Of a stretch of DNA of 64,000 nucleotides, positions 55,966 through 64,000 are shown in pieces. Within the stretch, counting starts at the first letter, position 1, and the number at the start of each line of letters is the position of its first letter. A model generated the notes under the pieces. The model was not told where the DNA came from, made no database searches, and saw only the letters and a program-made list of their open reading frames with translations. The DNA lies in the NCBI RefSeq assembly GCF_009914755.1, contig NC_060931.1; one strand, written 5' to 3'. Made by a program: the position numbers and the translations under genes. Origin of the DNA: the human T2T-CHM13v2.0 reference genome, Homo sapiens.

Positions 55966-56539
55966 ATTTGTGCTATTGCAGTTATTTTAAATCTGCTGTG
56001 CTATAATTCCAAAATTTGTGTCATATATGTTTCTTATATTTGCTTTGTCTCTTGAAATTATAGGTTTTTGTTCTTGTCTTCTAGTGTGCCTGGCAATTTC
56101 CTTTTATATATTTTTTTCAATGTTGTATTGAGCAAAAGGAAGTGAGGTAAATAGGTCTTAATGTGAAGTTCTCTGTTAACCGTGTTTTCAGGTTTGAGCC
56201 CAAGCCGAGGTCTGAGGGGAGTCAGTGGGTTGGTGGTGGGTAGCTGGATAAACACTGGAGGAATCATAGGTAGTTGCAACATGGCTTTATTCTCTCTCTG
56301 GTCACAAGCTGTATGTACAGCATTAGCAGGGTAATTATACCTTTTACAGACAATAGTGGCTCTGAGCCAACCATGAGCTCCCATGAGTGGTTACCTAATG
56401 TGCCTCATGTGGCATGGTTACATAATGTGTAAGGTTGGCACCTGTGCTCCAAACTTGCTGAGTCATGCTTCCCCAGAAGGCTGCCTCAGCTTACTCCTGA
56501 CTAAAGTGTAGCCATCTCCCTTATACTCCATCCCCTAGG

Positions 56540-57720
56540 CCAAGGGTGTCTTCTGGGTAGGGACATGTGCCCATAGGGTGGAGTCCTGAATCCATAACCA
56601 ACAAGAACAATACAGAGAGCAACAGCTCACTACCTGGATCCCAGGTATGCTACTTATGACTACTAGGGTCGAGCATAGGCCAGATCTCAGGGATGCCCAC
56701 CATCTCTGCAGGGGATCATCAGTAAGGCTCTCAACTGCCCTTATCTCCCTTTATCTCCTTGCAGGGCTGCTGTTATGTTCTGATTGTCAGGGATAAAGGT
56801 ACACCTTGCAGGGCTGCTGTTATGTTCTGATTGTCAGGGATAAAGGTACAACATTGTGCTCCTAAAAGGACACAGGTGCCTCCTTTGGCAACAGTTACTA
56901 TGTTTAAGACCATTTGGTTTTACCACACCACCTTTCTGATCTGATCAGCCTCATCTGTTAACAGGAAGAGGGCCACTAGGGTATAATTCAGAGCATGAGT
57001 GGTGTGGTCTGCAAGAGCAGTAATTTGTGCTTCTATAGTTATGACACCCACTATAGGGTAGTCACTGCTAAGGGGCAGGGGGCTCAATGCACTCACAAAA
57101 TCCGAGAGCATAGCACCTCCCAGTTATGCTGGTGTCTGCACAACGTGGGGAGAACAGTGGCAGGTACATAAGGCCACCCCCAGGTACAACATCCAGTCCA
57201 GTTCACTGGTAGGTAAGGCAACCCTGTGTCCCCACAGATCCATCAACTCTCAAGGAGCACAAAGTCCTTCAGGGCCCGACCTTGGTGGGGCCACTTGTTC
57301 CATCATACCTTTGGTGTGGTGATGTGTTATGCTTACACAGGCTGTGACAGGTATCCATCTCACAGTGGTATTACCCCAATGTTGATCTATTCACCATGGT
57401 GCTTGGGCTGGGGGTACTACATGTTCCCCCACTAGACAGCCCCACCCATCATAAATGCTACCGGTCAGCCAGGGAGCAGGCACACTGTGGAACTTGCTTT
57501 GTCCAAAGCTTGCCACATTCATTCCAGGAGTCAGCCATGGGACCCCATATCTCCACCCATGTCCAGTTCTCTGCAGACACTGAATGTATGTGCCAAGGCA
57601 AGCCATTCATGGCTGTTGTTGGAGGGGTGGTGCAGATCCAACTGTTGGAAATATTGGTCACTGCAGTGTAGGTGTGGACCCAGTCCATGATACAGGTGGA
57701 GCGTGTTAACCTGCAGTCAA
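56540..57720 (-). pseudogene. env: Gamma-type env remnant
   Basis: SWIC (decayed CxxC), LPVNWTGCC, ISD-like *NQMVLNIVTVAKGGT and CX6CC (CVLLGAQCC). Confidence 0.85.
56757..56850. repeat. Perfect 47-bp tandem duplication in env
   Basis: ccttgcagggctgc...aaaggtaca at 56757 and 56804. Confidence 0.95.
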
Positions 57721-58049
57721 AATGACAGATCAGGCACAGGTACTAACAGAGGTAAGTTACCTCTCTCAGGCAAAATACAGGCTAAACTTTCATCCCTGAA
57801 TAACAACGCAGCCACCAAGGGCTTTTGCCCTGGGTAATGGTACCACAACTTCTCAGCTCCCAATTGTTCCTTTGGGTCCTGTATCTGTGACAAAGTCATG
57901 GGGGAGCTCATAATAGGCCACACAGACTGTACATACGTCCCCCGGAGGAGGGTTCCTTCTCTCTTCATTCCCCTATGAACAGTCAACCACAAGGGCCATG
58001 TATTAAACACCCAAGTAATGGCATGCAAGTCATACTGTAGGCCCTCCCC

Positions 58050-58884
58050 TCAGTGAGCTACGATGACCAACCACTGGCAGTGGGGGGCTTGGAGGGTCCA
58101 TAGCCACAGCTAGGTTTTTGTTCCCCTGGTTTCAGGGGCATTGGGGCAGGCAAGAAAAGGTTACCATTCTTCCCCATACCTGGTCAGAGGAGGTCATCCT
58201 TGGTGTGTATCTGCAACTGAATGGGGACAGCGGCCCTATGTAACGAAGCCTCCACTGGGGCTGGGCTGCCTTTCTGTGGCCATTCATTCAAGGTTTGGCT
58301 CACCAGGTCCAGCCTGGAACTCCAGCCCCACAAAGATGGGGGTATGGCATGCAAGTGTAACTCATCCTTCAGGAGCCCATTATATCACTCAGTCATACCT
58401 GCAGCTTGCAAGTTGTATGGCACATGAAATACCCACGTTATGTCCAATTGTTGTGCCCACTGTTATACCAGTTGTCCAGTGAAATGTGTTCCCCTATCAC
58501 TCTCAACAGCCAGAGGGTTACCATACAGGATACATAAATGTTGCAGGGCCTGGATGGTGTGCTGTTGGTGGGACACCCTGCAAGCGTAGGCAAACAACAG
58601 GCTTGTGGCCATGTCCACAGCTGTCAGCACATGCATATACCTTGCGACTTCGGCAGCAGCTTGATGTAGTCTACTTGACACCTGGTCAAGGGCACTTGCC
58701 CTATCGTCACTTTTTGTGTTACACTGGGCAGCTGCCTCCATTTAGGGTATATATGAGCACATGCTGGACATTTCTGACAAGTCTCTCAAATGTCTTACAT
58801 GGACAAGGACAGACCCCAACGCTTATTGACCTGTTACATCAGTTCACCCCCCACATGTCCCAGTTTCCAGTGTAGCCACAAGAT
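58050..58884 (-). pseudogene. pol: Retroviral integrase remnant
   Basis: HHCC motif (LHWKLGH...CQKCPAC), QVDYI, VESDRGTHFTG and FHVPYNLQAAGMTE*YNGLLK across frameshifts. Confidence 0.88.
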
Positions 58885-59548
58885 GCTCTTCCATTTCGGA
58901 GATGGAACAGGAGATACAATCTCCTCCCTTGTTCCACAGATTAAGCATCCAGGCGGACAGGGGTTCCCCTGATGCTGGCGGCACCGCTTGCCTGATTCCT
59001 GCAACTCAATTGGGGTATAGGCAATATATGAAGTGTGTTGCATTATGGTAGGGGGTCCCTGAGCCCGCCCTTTGGGCCCCAATGTCTGTTCATGATCTAC
59101 CTTCTGACGGACCACTGCACGAGCCCGCAATGGGGGTTCTTTCTCCTCGGTATCGGACTGAGTGGGGGTCTCCAGCCAAGATGATGGCCCCAGGCCTGCA
59201 TTCAGAGCGGCCTCTAATACTTTTTCCAAGCTCTGAAGCTGAGCCTCTAGGTGCCCGCCTGAGCCGGGAGGTCCCTTACCTGTGCTGATCCCTCAGGAGC
59301 TGGGTGTGTACTTCTTGTAGCACAGTCCAAAATGCCCATCCAACTCTGCCGGCAAAGGCTCACTCTTTCTCACTGCTCTGTGCTTCCAGCTGCTTCAGTG
59401 CCTTCTCCATGTTCATAGGGGACCCATCTATCGCTGCCCAGGTTTCCACCAGAGCCCATCTGACCAGTGCAGCTGCCACTGGGTACCGCAACCCATGTTT
59501 CGGCCACATGGCTGAACAGGAATCAGCGGGGACTGAAGGCTCACTCAC
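58885..59548 (-). pseudogene. gag: HERV-S gag N-terminal remnant
   Basis: Lies directly after the PBS. Reads SEPSVPAD...MEKALKQLEAQSSEKE*AFAGRVGWAF, with stops and frameshifts. Confidence 0.6.
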
Positions 59549-60305
59549 TTTGGGATGCTGCCAGCTATGCAGTTGTCAGGTTCGAGCCCAAGCTGAGGTC
59601 TGAGGGGAGTTTGTGGGCAGGTGGTGGGTAGCTGGAAAAACACTTGAGGAATCATAGGTAGTTGCAACATGGCTTTATTCTCTCTCTGGTCACAAGCTGT
59701 ATGTACAGCATTAGCAGGGTAATTATACCTTTTACAGACAATAGGGGCTCCGAGCCAAGCATGAGCTCACATGAGTGGTTACATAATGTGCCTCATGTGG
59801 AGTGATTACATAATGTGTTGGGTTGTGCACCTGCACTCCAAACCCACTGAGTCACGCTGTGCTGGAAGGCCACCTCAGCCTACTCCTGACTAAAGCACAG
59901 CCATCTCCCTTACATGTGCTGTGAGTTAAGCTGGGTTTAATATTTGCTGTAGCTGTATGTTCCAGAGGCTTCCATTTCCTCTATTGTCCTTATTTTTATC
60001 TCCCTTGTTGATGTGGGGATTTCATAGGTACTTTTCCTGAAAGAAAACTTGTGCCTTACAAAATTTCAGCTTTAATTTCTATTATTATACTGTACCCCAT
60101 TGGTGTGGTGTCAAGGTGTGAGAAGAGAAAGCATTCTATAATTTCACCATTAAATCTCAGTCTTCTTTTAGTAAACCTGTGTCCATGTGATGTAACTTAC
60201 ACAGCAGATTTTAAGCATTTTCCTTCTTAAGGTGAGATAGGAAGAATCTAAGGGGCTAGTGTAGGAGAAATGTAGTTCCCCTCAGATGGAATAATAATCT
60301 GGTAA

Positions 60306-60642
<337 letters not shown>

Positions 60643-62814
60643 TCAGGTTCCTGAAGGAAGAACTCAAAAGTGTGGGAACAGCCTTACAACTACATTCTTT
60701 CAGGAGTTTCTCTTTCTCATTTTCATTATAGTCAGCTTCTAGCAATTCATCAAAATTATCGTCAGGTGTTCCTACTAGTGTACTATTCCCATGGCTTCCA
60801 CCCCAGATAAGCAAATGCTGGCTGTGACTTTCTGGATTTGCCTGTCTCTTTAGATTGTGGGGATGTGGTTTTTTCTTGCAACATCAATTCTCTCATGGGT
60901 CCAAGAAAAGTCATTGACTTTCATTTTGTTTATTTATTTTTATTGTAAGAATGGGAGTGATGTCTCTTAAGCTCTTTACAAATCTGAGCTGAAACCAGAA
61001 GTCTCCATAAGATTTTTATTTCTGTTTAACATGGCAGATTCTGGAGAATATAAAAACCATTACCACCAATAACAACCAAAGAAACCCAGTTATTAATTAT
61101 CTAATATGCCTCAAGCTATTCTAGGTTTTGGCTGTGTAGTATTCTTGAGCACAACTGGATTAAAATCAGGTATTGCTTCATTATAACTTTTACTCCTTGG
61201 TTCTGTTTACCTGAATAGGGCTCTAAAAAAAATCATAACAGTAATAACCTTTGATTGCATATAATTTAGCAGTCATTTTTAAACAGAGTCTTCTTAGAGT
61301 TGGAAGGTAGGGCACAGTGGGGATATTGTGGAATACCTTCATTTTTTACCAAGAGTATTTGGATTTTAAGCTCACACTTACTTTAGTTAGCACACTGCTT
61401 ATCCCTATTTCCATTTACTCTCCTACTTTTAACTGAGTCATTTCTAAAGGAGATACAGACCTACTAGTATTAAAAAGTGAATTATACTAAGAGATAAGAA
61501 ATAAAACCTCTGCCAAAGTTTCACAGATAGTTAAATCTGTGACAACAATCATTTATGTCAGCAAATACTATTTTCCCATTAAATTAGTTACTCATTTATT
61601 CAGCAAGCACTCCTTAGTAGCAACTTTACTCTGAGTTCTGTTTTAGTTATGACAATAATTAAAACATATTTCTTACTGTTGATATCAAAATCTATTATTG
61701 AAGATGTACATATTAACAAATTAATCTAATACATAATGGTAAACTGAATGTTAGTTAGAAATATGTACCAATAGAGCAAATATTTACAAGAACCACATAC
61801 TATAAACATTAATACCTTTTATTTAAACCATATTGTCCACTTGTCTTGTTATGTGTTATAAATGTATATCACTCATACATACGTTTTCCAACTCTTAAAC
61901 ATTTGTTTTTTTCACTCAATTATTTCCAATTTTACTTAAATGCATACTAAAACATAACCTCAGTGAGCACAGGTTAACGTTATTTCTGGGGGTCACATTG
62001 GTCCATAGGGGATGAATAGGAGATAGGCACCTTTATCTAATTTTGCTCATGGATGGTATCCCACATTGCAATTTATTATACTTTACCTTGTTAATTCTAA
62101 TGTTAGAGAGAGCTGATACTCTTGGGTCTTATAATCAGAACTATTTTTTCCAGATGGCAACAATGTATATATAAGTAATGTGTATATATGAGCTTGCATA
62201 TGGATATGTTTGAAGGAATCAAAATTGGAAGATGATGAGAAGAAAGTAGAAGACATTTCTATGAATCAATTTTAACATCCTTGTTGATTCTGTGTTTTCA
62301 AACATTGGGTCTTGTCATTTGATACTATTAATGAGAAGATAAAAGAATAACTTGTAGCTAAGTATAGTTGCACACATTTCAAAACCATCTGGTTTTAATC
62401 TCAATAGACATCTGGAAATCTTAATTATATTTTAATAACTTGTTCTTAAAATAAATTATTGTTTTACTGTGATTTTCAAAACATGAAAGAATATATTTTG
62501 TAAATTATTCTTGTGTTAGGTGACTTTATAATGTGAACATTATATGCATAAATATTATAATATAGGTAGACCATTTGCAATCAGGTTCAGATTGTTGGTT
62601 TTTTTTTTTAAAGGAAAATGTAAAAAATAATGAAAATATGTCATTGGAGTGGTAGAAATCATTATGACAAAAAAGTTTGGAAACTTATTGTAATAAGTTC
62701 AGGAGATATAATGAGGATCAGGATTATAGTTGTGACAGTGGAAGCAGAGCGAATGACACATTGTACTTCAAGTCATGTAAAGGATGAAGTGGAGTTGAGA
62801 TGATCTTAATAATG

Positions 62815-63030
62815 GCTATCATTTATTGAACATGTAAGTGTAGGGCATTGTACCAAAATATTTTCAAGCATCATTTTACTTAGTGATAACAATAAAAATG
62901 ATATAAATACTATCCTTTTATTTTAGTAGATGTGAATATTAATTGTAAACATGAAATTATTTGTTCATTATTGAACAGTGGAATTGCTGGAAGTTGACCA
63001 CAGTCAAACCTCAGAGACTCTCAAATAGTG
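62815..63030 (-). mobile_element. MIR-like SINE fragment
   Basis: 'gctatcatttattgaacatg...actatccttttattttagtagatg'. Confidence 0.5.
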
Positions 63031-63829
63031 GTTGCCACTGTTGCTATTGCACCATTTCAAGCCTAGATAACAGCACTGCCATTAAGCCAAGCATGTGGCA
63101 AATGAGAAATAGTATGTCTGGAAGGGATAATAATAAGTTTCACCCAGTGCTCCTTTATGTTTGAGAAGCCTATGAAATATCTAGCTGGATTTTTTTTTCA
63201 TACAAAGTTAGAAATCCTATCTGCTCTATTACAATGACTGTCTGTAATGCATATTAGTGTGCACTCAATTGCTTAAGTAGGATATATACCATTACAATGC
63301 AGAATTGCTTTGACTTATAAGCAAATTTCCCTAGCATAGTAATGTTTTCCATCACAAAGAAGGCACAACTAAATACAATGTGCACTAACACAACTAAATA
63401 CTGTACATGATGTCCATTCACTCTATTCTCCTTTGGCCCACAAGATCTTTCTTAGAGTGTTTATGGTAAGCGTTCTCTACTATGTTTGTAAGTTTTGATG
63501 TCTCCATAATTCAGCAAAGTCAACCTTTTCTTATACTACTGTAAAATTGCCTCTACCATTTTTAAGGCCAAATGTTACATTTTCTGGAATACTTTATTTA
63601 TTGGGAATTTGACATCTCTTTTAAACTGCTAGCTATTTTTATTATTTTGTTAGTGCCCTGGTACAAAGTAATATAGCTTTTTAGTAGTCCACTTCAGTCA
63701 CAGTTTTACCTTAAGTCCTGTTACTTTCAATGCGTGATTTTATGAATTATGAAGTGTGTTCAGTAACCCAAATATTGTGTTATAGCAGAAACACCTGAGT
63801 GAGTTTGACACATAAGAGAAATGCCAAGA

Positions 63830-64000
63830 TTGATACATAAATTCAGGAGAAATGATCATATAAGAGGAAGTTGAAGTGATGGAAGTAAATCCTTCTTGAA
63901 GACAACTAGAAGAGAAAAGATCTGATGATAGAACTCTGGAGACATTTGCTGAGAGATTGAAGGAAGCAGAAATCAATGAGAGAATTGGCTCTTCTTGGCT
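63830..64000 (-). mobile_element. Probable L2 fragment
   Basis: Purine-rich 'gagaaaagatctgatgatagaactctggagacatt' resembles antisense L2. Confidence 0.4.

Larger units (their letters stand above)
56186..59914 (-). mobile_element. HERV-S / HERVL18 (LTR18) provirus, internally deleted
   Basis: LTRs at 59574-59914 (TGTAAGGGAGATGGCTG...CCTGACA) and 56186-56525. Degenerate tRNA-Ser PBS at ~59552-59571. Polypurine tract at 56526-56536. Degenerate 5-bp TSD cgtgt/tgtgc. Confidence 0.88.

Noticed and set aside
63740-63976. 78-aa ORF at the window end
   Set aside because: Appears to be L2-derived biased-composition sequence, and the plus-strand frames contain stops.

Overview
AT-rich primate (human-like) genomic DNA from an intergenic or intronic region, dominated by transposable elements. 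It contains about 11 Alu/FLAM copies, several old L1s (two with 5' inversions), a full-length THE1 MaLR provirus, an internally deleted HERV-S/HERVL18 (LTR18) provirus with gag, integrase and env remnants, MER52 and MER39 solo LTRs, MLT/MST LTRs, hAT/Tigger DNA-transposon fossils, L2/MIR fragments and microsatellites. I recognise no host protein-coding gene, and nearly all listed ORFs are repeat-derived or spurious. I found no new multi-gene system. The best leads are small-scale: a 99-bp identical tract between otherwise diverged HERV-S LTRs (probable gene conversion), two long near-perfect hairpins, a tailless Alu fragment resembling its neighbour, fold-backs at rearrangement junctions, and a candidate two-exon minus-strand transcript with a 53-aa hydrophobic sORF. 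Repeat subfamily names come from my recollection of consensus sequences and were not checked by alignment. Boundaries of old elements are approximate.
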